Shown: positions 26,531 through 36,135 of the stretch, piece after piece
Layout of the letters: each line of letters opens with the position of its first letter
How positions within the stretch are numbered: position 1 is the first letter of the stretch
Assembly: GCA_014896485.1 (NCBI GenBank)
Contig: JADBKH010000009.1
Span: 28,800-92,799, forward strand
Reading direction: 5' to 3'
From: Bacillota bacterium
Lineage (GTDB): Bacteria; Bacillota; Bacilli; Bu12
DNA length: 64,000 nt
Made by a program: the position numbers and the translations under genes
The notes under the pieces: model-generated
Seen by the model: only the letters and a program-made list of their open reading frames with translations
Told to the model about the DNA's origin: nothing
Databases searched by the model: none

Positions 26531-27160
26531 ATGCGCATCGAAACCTGGTTGCCCCAATACCTGCCCCTTCTGCAGCAGGCTGCGGCGCGCTATGATCTTG
26601 ACTGGCGTCTGCTGGCAGGAATTGCGATGACAGAGTCTTCAGGAGATCCAACAGCCATAGGTCCGCTTTTGAGAGACGGGCAGCAGGCGGAAGGGTTGAT
26701 GCAATTTTTGCCCTCCACGTTTTATGGTACTGCCGGCGCGGACGCGTCGCCTCAGCAAGTCGCCGAAGCAGGAGGATATGGCGTCGACGGAGATCGCGAT
26801 GGACGGGTGACCCCCCTCTACGCAGCAGACGCAATCTTTAGTGCAGCCCATTACCTGGCTGCCCTTGGGGCCCATCAGGACCTCGCGACTGCCCTTCAGC
26901 GTTATTCCGGCTGAGCAGGATCGACTTACCTGCAACGGATAGAAGCGTATATGCAGGCGGCAGCAGCCATTGCAGCAGGACTTGCAGGAAAGGAAATCCC
27001 CCAAACAGCTACAACAGCTCCGGAAAATACGGGAGAAGGCAGTTGGCGTTCGTTTGTGCCGATGGTTAGGGCAACTTCACCTGTCTCTTTTTGGGCACCG
27101 CTGGTAGGAATACAGGGCCTTTCCATGCCCGACCCGGCATCCTTTTCGGCACAAGCCTGA
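26531..27160 (+). pseudogene. soluble lytic transglycosylase (SLT)-domain protein, YjbJ-like, with an in-frame TGA
   Basis: 'AGIAMTESSGDP...AEGLMQFLPSTF' is an SLT catalytic domain. The track ORF ends at TGA 26912-14, but the same frame continues with 'AGSTYLQRIEAYMQ...'. This matches the conserved 'AYNAGPG...YVQRV..Y' tail of SLT proteins; the TGA sits where a Gly (GGA) is expected. Confidence 0.7.
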
Positions 27161-27187
27161 TCACAAGTGGGAGAGGGAGGGCAGTTC

Positions 27188-28002
27188 ATGAAAATCTCTT
27201 TTTCGAACCATATCTATGCCCCTTGGAATATGGAGGAAGTTTTTCTTCGCGCACACACTTTCGGGTATGACGGAATTGAATGGGTCACTGCCGATGGTGC
27301 CCCGATTTCGGCCGACTTAGATCCACAGCTTCGCCAATCGATTATAGAGAATGCCCACCAAGCAGGCGTCGAGATCGCGGCACTCCGCCCTCCGTTGCTA
27401 CTGGATGCTTCGAATACCCACCGCGAACCCGATATTGTCAACGGCATGACGACCTATCTGCAACTGGCGGCCGAGATGCAGATCAACCGCGTGATTGTCG
27501 TACCGGCGGCACGACCTGGAGATCTCGCTTCGTTGCTTACGACGCTAAGTGCGGAAGCAGCGTCCCGACATGTTCGTCTGGAGGTGGCCACGCGCGGGCT
27601 ATTGGCCAGTCCTACAGAGGCAGTCGCTCTCTTTCAACGTCTTGACAATGCCCATTGCTGGCTCGACTGGGAAACGGATGCGGTCCATCAGACCGGAGCC
27701 GATGCCACCCAAGCTTTGGAACGCCTCCGGACATGCCATTCCGGATGACGGTCAGCGACCTTAAACGAACGTCGGATGGCTGGCAACCTACGGCACTGGG
27801 TACTGGGGAACTGCCTTTGCAAGGAGTCCTACGTTGGTTGAACAGCATTGGCTACCGCGGTTTTGTCAATGTAGGTCTGGTCAGCGATCAGGTATTGAAA
27901 AAGGGAGAGGCAGAAGCCTACTTGACCCATGCGATACAGAAGCTGCGCACGTTTCTGCAGCAGATGGGCATTGAGCAAAAACAGTCAATTGAGCGCGCTT
28001 GA
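27188..28002 (+). pseudogene. sugar-phosphate isomerase/epimerase (xylose-isomerase-like TIM barrel) with one frameshift near 27745
   Basis: N-terminal 190 aa 'MKISFSNHIYAPWNMEEVFLRAHTFGYDGIEW' are in frame 1 and stop at 27748. The C-terminal 'RMTVSDLKRTSDGWQPTALGTGELPLQGVLRWLNSIGYRGFVNVGL' continues in the -1 frame to 28002. Confidence 0.65.
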
Positions 28003-28037
28003 CGGTGCTTCGCAGACACAGGGGCAATCGCCGGCGT

Positions 28038-29252
28038 TTAATGTGCAGAGAACGTGCTGATGCGGCGTAAGGCGTCCAGCTTTTCAGATTCTCCGATACG
28101 GGCTTTTTCGACCGCTTCTTCCAACAGGGCGATGGAGCGGTCGTAGCCCTGTCGATCGACGGGATAGGGAATGCCATCTTTGCCGCCATGTGCGAAGGAG
28201 TAGCGCACCGGATCTTCAAAGCTTGCAGGTGCCCCGAAGATGACTTCGGCCACCATTGTCAACGCCCGAACCGTATGGCTACCGACTCCTTTGGTGCCGA
28301 TCAGGTGCTCAAAGTTTGGCAATTCTTGCGTATAGAGGATACGCAATGCTTTGTCGAAGTGCTCCGCATCCGGAATGGCATGTCCGGATGGCAACGCCAA
28401 GTACCGCAGTACTGTCTCTTCTGCAAAGGGGAGTGCAAAAGCCCGGCTCTCTTCCTGTGCAAAAAGCTCAAGCTGCTCACTTGTGACGTGAGGGATACTG
28501 CGAACATGGGTCGGTTTAGAGAGGTCCGGTGCCTTCTCGAGCAATTTACGATAAGTGGCAGTCAGTTGCTGAGGGGTACTCTCTTGCAGCAAAGCCGGTA
28601 CCTGTTGGCGCAGCGTGGCGTTGGTATGGTCCGTCAGGTTGAGGGCAACCCCACGGTGATCGGAGATGATGCCGGAATGGGGTTCATCGACAAAGCTGTC
28701 AAGCTGCTCAGAAAGCCAATGGTAACGTCGGGCCCAAGTACCACCAGCGTATAACCCTTGCTGGACAACCGCCCAGTTCCCATCGTTGGTAAAGAGCAGA
28801 ACATGATGATAAAGATCGTAGCCATCTTGTAAGGCGACACTATCGACTTTGGCAGCCATCTTGCTGGCATATAGCAGCGGTTGCGGATCTTTTCGCAGTA
28901 TTCCGCTGTCGGCAAAAGAAGCAATCTCAAGCGGCGTCTTACGAGACGCCGCTCCTTTGCCTCCAGCGATAAAAAGTCCCATTTCTGGTCCCTTGTGTCG
29001 TAAAGCCACCTTGACGGCCCCACAGACCGTCGTTGTCAATCCCGAAGAGTGCCAGTCAAAGCCTAGCAAACAGCCAAATGCCTGAAACCAATGGGGATCT
29101 GCGAAACGACGCAGCACCTCTGTTGTCCCATATTGAAGGACAATGGCTTCGAGGATAGGCCCTGCCAACTTAACCATGCGCTCAAAAAGCCAAGGAGGAC
29201 AATGTCCACTGTGTAAAGGGAGATCTGCAACACCGACACGTGGCATATCCAC
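28038..29252 (-). CDS. DUF763-domain protein (conserved protein of unknown function, mostly archaeal in distribution)
   Basis: 'RVGVADLPLHSGHCPPWLFERMVKLAGPILEAIV' matches my memory of the DUF763 N-terminus; about 400 aa. Confidence 0.6.
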   Translation of the reverse strand: MDMPRVGVADLPLHSGHCPPWLFERMVKLAGPILEAIVLQYGTTEVLRRFADPHWFQAFGCLLGFDWHSSGLTTTVCGAVKVALRHKGPEMGLFIAGGKGAASRKTPLEIASFADSGILRKDPQPLLYASKMAAKVDSVALQDGYDLYHHVLLFTNDGNWAVVQQGLYAGGTWARRYHWLSEQLDSFVDEPHSGIISDHRGVALNLTDHTNATLRQQVPALLQESTPQQLTATYRKLLEKAPDLSKPTHVRSIPHVTSEQLELFAQEESRAFALPFAEETVLRYLALPSGHAIPDAEHFDKALRILYTQELPNFEHLIGTKGVGSHTVRALTMVAEVIFGAPASFEDPVRYSFAHGGKDGIPYPVDRQGYDRSIALLEEAVEKARIGESEKLDALRRISTFSAH

Positions 29253-29327
29253 AGTATAGACTGGACAGCCGGCTCGTACAATTCAAAATAACATTGGCGG
29301 CGGTTTATCACAGTTGCACACTTGGGG

Positions 29328-30572
29328 TCATAACTGTTTATCCAGGACCAACAATGTCTGAAGGAGCACTTGCGCCCCATGGACGAGCGCTGTGTCACTG
29401 GTCAGCTCATCCGGAACATGGCTCTTGCCATTGTCACTTGGCACAAAGATCATCGCTGCCGGACAGAGATGCGCCATACTTTGCGTATCATGACCCGCGC
29501 GACTCTCCAAACGGGTGACGGCATTCTCTCCCAGGTAGGCTCGAGCGGTCGCTTCGATCAAGTCGACGATCGTTGGATCACAGTGCGTGACAGCCTCTCG
29601 CTCAAGAAAACAGATTTCGCTGCGACAACCTTCCTGCACTGCAGCTGCATTAGAGAGGATCGGCACTTCCTCATCGAGAGCTGCCAATCCAGTCTCATCG
29701 ATGCTGCGGAATTCGCCATTTACTTCGGCGTAGCCGGGGATGACATTGACAGCGCCGGGCTGGACAACAAGGGATCCAGTGGTCCCTACAAAACGATCGC
29801 CGGCAGCAAGGATGCGATCACGGAAGGCCAACATGAAACGGGCCGCAGCCAGACCCGCATCCCGGCGGGCGCGCATCTCCGTAGCCCCAGCATGGTTCTG
29901 CTCCCCGAAAAAGCGTGCCTGAAACCGGTGGATACCGACGATTCCCTCCACTGCAGCCGCTTTTAGCCCGCGGCAGGCGAGACGCCCTCCCTGCTCAATG
30001 TGAAGCTCAAGATAGGCGGCAAATTCTTCGGGTGCACGCGCGGCAGAAAAGATCTGCTGGGGATCGATCCCGGCTTGCGTCAAAGCCTGATAGAGCAAAG
30101 AAGTGGGTTGAAGCTCTTCGGCAGGGATCAATCCCGCCATACAGCGACTGCCAAAAAGACCACCTCCGACACGACCTTCCTCGTCTGCAAAGGCGATCAC
30201 CTCCAGTGCGTGGTGCAGCGATAAGCCGCTTTGCTGGAGTGCTTTTGCCAATGCCACCCCGGCCAATACCCCATAGGCGCCATCGAGCGGGCCTCCGTTG
30301 GGCACCGTATCGAGATGCGAGCCGACCACCAAGGCCGGTCCCGTCGATCCCAGGCGGCCGATGAGGTTGCCCGCTGCATCGAGTCGCGTGTTCAATCCTG
30401 CCTCTTGCATCCAACTGCGGACAGTCTGTACCGCCTGCTGCCAGGCCGGCCCATAGCTGCGCCGATCTAGCCCACCACCCTGCTCTCTGGGAAGCCGCCC
30501 GATGTTCCCGAGTATGGCAATCTGTTCGAGCAGCGCGGGTCCGTCGATCGTCACGGTTTCTTTTAGGGACAT
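29328..30572 (-). CDS. M20-family Zn-dependent amidase (allantoate amidohydrolase / N-carbamoyl-L-amino-acid hydrolase family)
   Basis: 'GSHLDTVPNGGPLDGAYGVLAGVA...' and 'AFADEEG' metal-binding motifs of the AmaB/AllC family. Start refined to Met5 (GGAGG Shine-Dalgarno). Confidence 0.85.
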   Translation of the reverse strand: MSLKETVTIDGPALLEQIAILGNIGRLPREQGGGLDRRSYGPAWQQAVQTVRSWMQEAGLNTRLDAAGNLIGRLGSTGPALVVGSHLDTVPNGGPLDGAYGVLAGVALAKALQQSGLSLHHALEVIAFADEEGRVGGGLFGSRCMAGLIPAEELQPTSLLYQALTQAGIDPQQIFSAARAPEEFAAYLELHIEQGGRLACRGLKAAAVEGIVGIHRFQARFFGEQNHAGATEMRARRDAGLAAARFMLAFRDRILAAGDRFVGTTGSLVVQPGAVNVIPGYAEVNGEFRSIDETGLAALDEEVPILSNAAAVQEGCRSEICFLEREAVTHCDPTIVDLIEATARAYLGENAVTRLESRAGHDTQSMAHLCPAAMIFVPSDNGKSHVPDELTSDTALVHGAQVLLQTLLVLDKQL

Positions 30573-30608
30573 GCGTTCCTCCACTTCAACAACCGCTGAC
30601 TGTTACGA

Positions 30609-31451
30609 TTATGCGACCAGCGCACGAAGCTGTTTTGCAGCAGCGTGGGTCGCTTCATAACCTATTTGAACACATCGCTGTGCCTGGCGTAAATCGAGAA
30701 TATTGATATGTGGAAAATGGGGCACAATCGTCACATCGGCCTGTTCCCGATCGATGCGGGGACGATGCGTCAGGGTATTGAGGGTGGCCTGGGCAACAAA
30801 ATGCAAGCTGACCGGGCGGGACATGGCCGTATCGCTGAGTCCCTGCTGGGCGCCGCGAAGATCGACGGCGATCACTTTTTCCGCTCCCAAAGCGCGGGCT
30901 ACGTCGACAGGGAGGTTGTTGACAAGGCCACCATCTGCGAGTAGCCACGGTTCGTGTTCGACCGGTTCAAAGAGAATGGGCAGCGCGCAAGAGGCATGAA
31001 CTGCTTTTGCTGTGGCGATGTCACTGCTCCATACCGTTGCAGGTAAAGGACGTGCGGGTGACCCAAAGACGACCAGTTGGCCGGTGTACAGATCTGTGGC
31101 GCAGATTCCCAAGGGCAGGGGCGCAGCCTCGATCGACTGGTCTCCGATATTGTTACGCAAAAAAGCCTCGAGTCGCTCTCCACGCAGCAACCCGGTCGGC
31201 TTGCGGCGGCCTGCCCAACCCGCCAGCCACTGCCAACTATTGAGATCGAACAAACGAAACGAAGCGGCTTGGTAGAGACGGTTCTCTTGGTTCAACGCTC
31301 CAAAGGCGTAGAGCGCGGCCACAATGGCCCCTGCACTTGTTCCAGTGACGACCGAGATGCGCACCCCCAACTCTTCAAGCGCTTGTAGGGCCCCCAAATG
31401 GGCCCCACCCAAGACACCGCCCCCTGAAAGCGCCAGTCCAATCGTTGACAT
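30609..31451 (-). CDS. patatin-like phospholipase
   Basis: Gly-rich oxyanion loop 'LALSGGGVLGGAHLGAL', GTSAG nucleophile elbow, and a 'DGG' Asp-dyad motif. Start refined to MSTIG (GGAGG Shine-Dalgarno). Confidence 0.85.
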   Translation of the reverse strand: MSTIGLALSGGGVLGGAHLGALQALEELGVRISVVTGTSAGAIVAALYAFGALNQENRLYQAASFRLFDLNSWQWLAGWAGRRKPTGLLRGERLEAFLRNNIGDQSIEAAPLPLGICATDLYTGQLVVFGSPARPLPATVWSSDIATAKAVHASCALPILFEPVEHEPWLLADGGLVNNLPVDVARALGAEKVIAVDLRGAQQGLSDTAMSRPVSLHFVAQATLNTLTHRPRIDREQADVTIVPHFPHINILDLRQAQRCVQIGYEATHAAAKQLRALVA

Positions 31452-31524
31452 ACTTTCGACCTCCACTGCATTGCAAAGCGTTGCTGGCATTTTGCGCTGC
31501 TCAAAGAGACGTTGCAACTTCGCT

Positions 31525-33756
31525 TTACAGAAGATCCAATGCAGCAAGCAGATCTTGCGGGCGCATGGGTACGGAAGTCAGGCGTACTCCTGCCGCATCT
31601 GCTACCGCGTTGGCCAAAGCCGCCGCTCCTGGAATGGCCGGAGGTTCGCCAACCCCTTTGGCACCAAAAGGACCCACATTCGAAGCGATCTCCACCAGCG
31701 AGATCGTGATGGGGGGCACGTCACTGACCGTAGGCAGGGCATAGTCCGCCAGGGTCGAGTTGATCAACGTACCGTGCTCATCAAACAGCAGCGCTTCATG
31801 TAAGGCTCGGCCGATCCCCTGCGCAATCCCTCCCATGATCTGACCCCGCACTTCTGCAGGATTGATCGCCTTGCCCACGTCCTGAATGGCAAGATACCCC
31901 CGGGGTCGGATGGCGCCGGTTCTTCGATTGACCGCTACCTTGACGGCATGGATGCCGAATGCGGGAGAAGGTTCCCGGATCGCGGTCCGCCCATAAGCGA
32001 AGATTGGGGCATATTTGCCACCAAAGCGCATCGTTTGTACCGCAATTTCGGCAATACTCATCCGTTTGGAAGGCACACCGCGAATCTGTACCGCACCATT
32101 ACGCAACTCAAGATCTTCAGGAGCAGCTTCAAAAAGTTGGGCCGCGACTTCCAACAGTTGGCTGCGAGCCGCTTGCGCAGCCTGCTGGACGGCCAGGCCG
32201 ACGGTATAAGTGGTTTTACTGCCTCCTGCTGCACCTGCATAGGGGGCGTGCTCGGTGTCACCAAAGGCAATGTGTACCTGTTGGGGAGAAAGGCCGAGTG
32301 TCTCGGCCGCAATGGCCTGGAAAGCCGTGGCTGTTCCGGTCAGATCGGTCGCACCGACGGTTACGGTTACATGGCCGTCCGGATCGATACGGCAGCCAGC
32401 AGCAGCAGGTTCAAGGCCTCCGACCCAACCACCGACGGCCACGCCCCAGCCTTCATCCTGCCCAGCCTGACGATCCCGCCAATGGGGATCCTGCTGCGCC
32501 GCTTGCAGCACATCGACCAATCCGATCTTCGGCCAGGGTTTGCCATCTGGGCGCGGATCCCCACTTTGTGAAGCATGTTGAAGTCGAAATGCAATGGGGT
32601 CGATCCGTAGTTCTCGAGCGACTTCATCAACCGCTGACTCGAGGGCAAAAAAGGCTTGCGGTGCACCAGGGCCGCGATAGGCACCGGAAGGATTCTTATG
32701 GGTGAGCACTTCCATTGCAATCAAATCAAAGTTTGGGATCTGATACGTACCTCCCAGCAAAATGGCGGCGATACCGGCAGGAGCGCCCGGTTGTGCTCCC
32801 GTATCAAAAAGAAGGCGGGCAGAGAGCGCGGTAAGACGGCCATCTTTGCGGGCACCCAATTGCAACTCGATCTGAGCGGCCGGTGCGGGGGTGCTGGTCA
32901 GGAAATCTTGGATCCGATCCAAAACGATGCGTACAGGTCGATGGATCAATTGTGCCAATGCCGCAGCAAGCGGCTCGAAAGAACCAAACTTTGCCCCGAA
33001 GGCGCCTCCAACGGTCATCGGCACCACACGGATCAGGTGATCGGGCATCTGTAGCGTCTGGGCGATGACGCTACGTGTTGCAAAGGCACCTTGGGTTGAC
33101 GAGTAGACCGTCAAACGTCCGTCTTGCTCTACTTTTGCAAGACAGCCTCGCGTCTCTAGATAACCTTGGTAGACCGATGCCAGTCGGTAGGTGCGCCGGA
33201 CAACGACATCGGCAGCAGCGAGGGCGTGTTGGACATCGCCGTTGCAGAAATGGAGCAAGGTCGGCACATTGGGAGGCTTTCTTTCTCCCGATTGTCCTCC
33301 TTCTACATCTGCACCGTGGATTGCGGCTTCATCTTCGTGTCCTTCATTCAGCGGGCGGACGATGGGCGCATCGGGCCGCATTGCAGCAATCGGATCGACA
33401 ATAGCCGGCAGCGGCTCATAGTCGACCAGGACCTGATCCGCGGCATCTTCTGCAATCGCTTCGCTCTCTGCCAAAACCACAGCAACGGGTTCTCCAGCGT
33501 AGAAAACCTCGTCCTGCGCCAAAAGGCCGCGCACGGAAAGCTCTTCCGCCGTAAATACCCCGAATACCCCTCGATGCCGCTGTGCTGCCGCAGTCCGGAT
33601 CGAGCGGATGCGCGCGTGCGCATAGGGACTGGTGACCAGACGGGCAAAAAGCATGTCAGGCAGTGAAAGATCGGCAACGTACCGCGCTTTTCCACTGAGT
33701 TTATCCTGCCCTTCCGGGCGCAACAGCGGTTGTCCGACCACTTTCAGTTCATCCAC
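31525..33756 (-). CDS. xanthine dehydrogenase / aldehyde oxidase / CO-dehydrogenase-family molybdopterin-binding large subunit
   Basis: About 740 aa; 'GQPLLRPEGQDKLSGKARYVADL' a/b-hammerhead N-terminus and a long MoCo-binding body. GTG start with AGAGGAGG Shine-Dalgarno. No adjacent 2Fe-2S or FAD subunit genes in the window. Confidence 0.85.
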   Translation of the reverse strand: MDELKVVGQPLLRPEGQDKLSGKARYVADLSLPDMLFARLVTSPYAHARIRSIRTAAAQRHRGVFGVFTAEELSVRGLLAQDEVFYAGEPVAVVLAESEAIAEDAADQVLVDYEPLPAIVDPIAAMRPDAPIVRPLNEGHEDEAAIHGADVEGGQSGERKPPNVPTLLHFCNGDVQHALAAADVVVRRTYRLASVYQGYLETRGCLAKVEQDGRLTVYSSTQGAFATRSVIAQTLQMPDHLIRVVPMTVGGAFGAKFGSFEPLAAALAQLIHRPVRIVLDRIQDFLTSTPAPAAQIELQLGARKDGRLTALSARLLFDTGAQPGAPAGIAAILLGGTYQIPNFDLIAMEVLTHKNPSGAYRGPGAPQAFFALESAVDEVARELRIDPIAFRLQHASQSGDPRPDGKPWPKIGLVDVLQAAQQDPHWRDRQAGQDEGWGVAVGGWVGGLEPAAAGCRIDPDGHVTVTVGATDLTGTATAFQAIAAETLGLSPQQVHIAFGDTEHAPYAGAAGGSKTTYTVGLAVQQAAQAARSQLLEVAAQLFEAAPEDLELRNGAVQIRGVPSKRMSIAEIAVQTMRFGGKYAPIFAYGRTAIREPSPAFGIHAVKVAVNRRTGAIRPRGYLAIQDVGKAINPAEVRGQIMGGIAQGIGRALHEALLFDEHGTLINSTLADYALPTVSDVPPITISLVEIASNVGPFGAKGVGEPPAIPGAAALANAVADAAGVRLTSVPMRPQDLLAALDLL

Positions 33757-33948
33757 GAAGAGCTCGCCTCCTCTTGAAAAATTGTAACAGACCCAAGCGT
33801 ACGGCAAAACAAGGCAAAGAGGCACCAGCGGTTGTCGCCTAGCAGGAGAAAAGGGAGTAAGGGCGTATCTTTATAGAGTGGAGCAAAGGAATGCTCCAAA
33901 CACAAAATTCGTTCTTTCTGCAACCGGCAGGAACCCAGGGAAGGGGAT

Positions 33949-35082
33949 GTGCTGGTTTCTCTTCTAAGCGAGAAGACGCTTCATTTCGACGATCCCACGA
34001 CCTACCTCGCCGATCTGCTGACACAGGCAAATCGGCTTGGTGCTACCGATCTTCACTTCGATCCCCAACCAAATGCGGTACAGATCCGCTTACGCATCGA
34101 TGGCTTGTTGCACGAGCTCGTATCGCTTTCTTCCGAAGCCTATCTGCGTTTGCTGGTAACGGTCAAGATGCTGGCACAGATGGATATCGCGGAAAAGCGA
34201 CGTCCCCAAGATGGCAGCTTTCACTGGGAGCAAGGCGAAACGATCTTCGATGTGCGCGTCGCATCGACCGCCACCGTCTGGGGAGAGCGGTGTGCACTCC
34301 GCTTGCTCAACGCCCATGGCAGTGCCGGTCGCCACCGGCTCGATGAGCTGGGCATGACTCCCTACGAACGGGATCAGTTTGCACAACTGGTGCACTTTGC
34401 ACGAGGCATGGTGCTCTGCTGCGGCCCAGTCGGTTCGGGCAAGACAACGACACTGTATGTCGCCCTTTCGCTCCGCGATGCTGCCCATGAGATGATCTGC
34501 ACCCTCGAGGATCCGGTGGAACGAAAGCTGCCTGGCATCACACAGGTGGAAGTGCGCCCAGAGATCGGATTGAGCTTTGCGGAAGGGCTGCGGGCTTTGC
34601 TGCGCCACGATCCGGATGTCTTGCTGGTGGGAGAGATTCGTGACAAAGAGACGGCCGAAGTGGCTGTCCGAGCGGCCCTGACGGGTCATTTGGTCTTGGC
34701 TACGCTGCATGCATCCGATGCGGTGACAGCGATCTCCCGATTGAGCCAGATGGGCGTTGCGTCCTATCAGGTCGCTGAAGCGGTACGTGGTGTGGTGGCA
34801 CAACGCTTGGTGCGGAAGCGCTGTCCCCAATGCCGAGGAGAGAAAGGAGAGGCTGTCTGCAGCGTTTGCGGCGGTAACGGCTTTTTGGGTCGGACCGGAT
34901 TGTTCGAGGTGCTCACCCTCACCGAACCCATGCGCAAGGCCGTGCGGGATGGGGTCGGCCATGCGGAATTGGAAGAACTTGCGATGCAAGCAGGGATGTG
35001 CCCGCTGAACAAGAGAGGCGAGCAACTGGTAGAGCAAGGGGTGACAACCGCGCATGAAGTTCGGCGCTGTATCGGTGACTGA
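33949..35082 (+). CDS. comGA: competence pseudopilus assembly ATPase (GspE/PilB family, short ComGA type)
   Basis: Walker A 'GPVGSGKTT', Asp/His boxes, C-terminal tetracysteine (CPQC...CSVCGG); 377 aa. Lacks the GspE N-terminal domain, as ComGA does. Confidence 0.85.
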   Translation: MLVSLLSEKTLHFDDPTTYLADLLTQANRLGATDLHFDPQPNAVQIRLRIDGLLHELVSLSSEAYLRLLVTVKMLAQMDIAEKRRPQDGSFHWEQGETIFDVRVASTATVWGERCALRLLNAHGSAGRHRLDELGMTPYERDQFAQLVHFARGMVLCCGPVGSGKTTTLYVALSLRDAAHEMICTLEDPVERKLPGITQVEVRPEIGLSFAEGLRALLRHDPDVLLVGEIRDKETAEVAVRAALTGHLVLATLHASDAVTAISRLSQMGVASYQVAEAVRGVVAQRLVRKRCPQCRGEKGEAVCSVCGGNGFLGRTGLFEVLTLTEPMRKAVRDGVGHAELEELAMQAGMCPLNKRGEQLVEQGVTTAHEVRRCIGD

Positions 35083-36097
35083 GCTGGCCCGACACCACAC
35101 AGGGAGATCCCGTACTGCCTCTCCCGCTTCTATGTCACGTACCTTGAGCGCCCTCGGGCGTTTGCTCACCAATGGTGTCCGGATACAAGAGGCCATCGCT
35201 TTGGCCACCGGAACGCGTGCGCAGCGCGAAATCGCACGCCAAATGCAAGCAGCGCTCTCGCGTGGAGAACCGCTCTCTACCGCATTTCGCAACTGTGGAT
35301 TGGGAGCAGAAGAGCTTGCCCTGGTACGCATGGGAGAAGAGACCGGTGCACTGGGAGAGCGGATCAGTGATGCCGCAGCGCTCTTGAGCAAAAAGCTCTC
35401 CCAGCGACAGAAACTGATCCAACAGCTCCTCTATCCCATTCTGCTGCTCTTTCTGCTTTTTGGTCTCGGCCTCTTTCTGCTCGTCGTCGTCTTGCCTATC
35501 TTTGCAGGTTTGTACGCGTCGATGGGCGTAACCGTCCCTTCCAGTGCCCAGGCAGCTTTTCATCTCGCCGATCGCATCCAGCAGACGCCATGGAAGGCGG
35601 GCGTGATCTTGATGGCAGGCGTGATGTTGCTCGCTGCCCTGTTCCTTTGGCTGTTTGGTCACCCGAAAACGCCATGGGATCGGCACCGCTTCCAAGCCGC
35701 GGTCTGCCGCCGCATGGGGCTGATGCTGCAGGCAGGCATTCCATTGAACACCATCCTTACGCTGCTTACGGACTCCTTGATCCACCCCATGGAGAAACAA
35801 GCACTTCTTTCCATTCGCGAAGCCCTGGAAAGTGGCAATGGGATTGCCGAAGCACTGGAGAAAAACCCCCTGTTTTCGCCCAACACCCGGGCGATGATTG
35901 CAGCCGGGGAACACTCTGGAACGCTCAGTGAGACGCTGCTGCAAGTCGGGAGTGAAGAAGAGCAAGCCTATCAACTTCTAACCGAAAATGCGCTGCGCTT
36001 GCTTGAGCCGGCGACGTTGATTGCCGTTGGGGCCGTCGTCGGGTGGGCGATGCTGACCCTTATGGTTCCACTTTTTGATCTGAACACACTTTTTTAG
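35054..36097 (+). CDS. comGB: competence pseudopilus platform protein (GspF/PilC family)
   Basis: Two GspF repeats and three transmembrane segments; overlaps the comGA stop. Confidence 0.8.
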   Translation: MKFGAVSVTELARHHTGRSRTASPASMSRTLSALGRLLTNGVRIQEAIALATGTRAQREIARQMQAALSRGEPLSTAFRNCGLGAEELALVRMGEETGALGERISDAAALLSKKLSQRQKLIQQLLYPILLLFLLFGLGLFLLVVVLPIFAGLYASMGVTVPSSAQAAFHLADRIQQTPWKAGVILMAGVMLLAALFLWLFGHPKTPWDRHRFQAAVCRRMGLMLQAGIPLNTILTLLTDSLIHPMEKQALLSIREALESGNGIAEALEKNPLFSPNTRAMIAAGEHSGTLSETLLQVGSEEEQAYQLLTENALRLLEPATLIAVGAVVGWAMLTLMVPLFDLNTLF

Positions 36098-36135
36098 TGG
36101 AAAAGATGATTTTCCACACGAGGATAGGGAGGCCG

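Noticed and set aside
12716-27160. The in-frame TAA/TAG/TGA codons could reflect stop-codon reassignment (alternative genetic code, selenocysteine or pyrrolysine)
   Set aside because: All three codons terminate dozens of well-conserved genes in this window at the expected positions. The host families (acyl-CoA dehydrogenase, SLT) are not seleno- or pyrrolysyl-proteins, and TAA has no known recoding in bacteria.
33826-33948. Possible ComK box upstream of comGA
   Set aside because: 'AAAATTCGTTCTTT' lacks the AAAA-N5-TTTT dyad geometry; it is not convincing without knowing whether the organism has ComK.
34090-35974. Minus-strand ORFs of 433 aa and 279 aa opposite comGA/comGB; similar cases exist opposite proA (42068..42808), leuA (48651..49487), fabH (19173..19787), the XDH subunit (31948..32705), PhoD (25425..26009) and the nucleoside ABC ATPase (5964..6458)
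   Set aside because: All lie antisense to confidently assigned genes and lack motifs or ribosome-binding sites; these are GC-skew artefacts.
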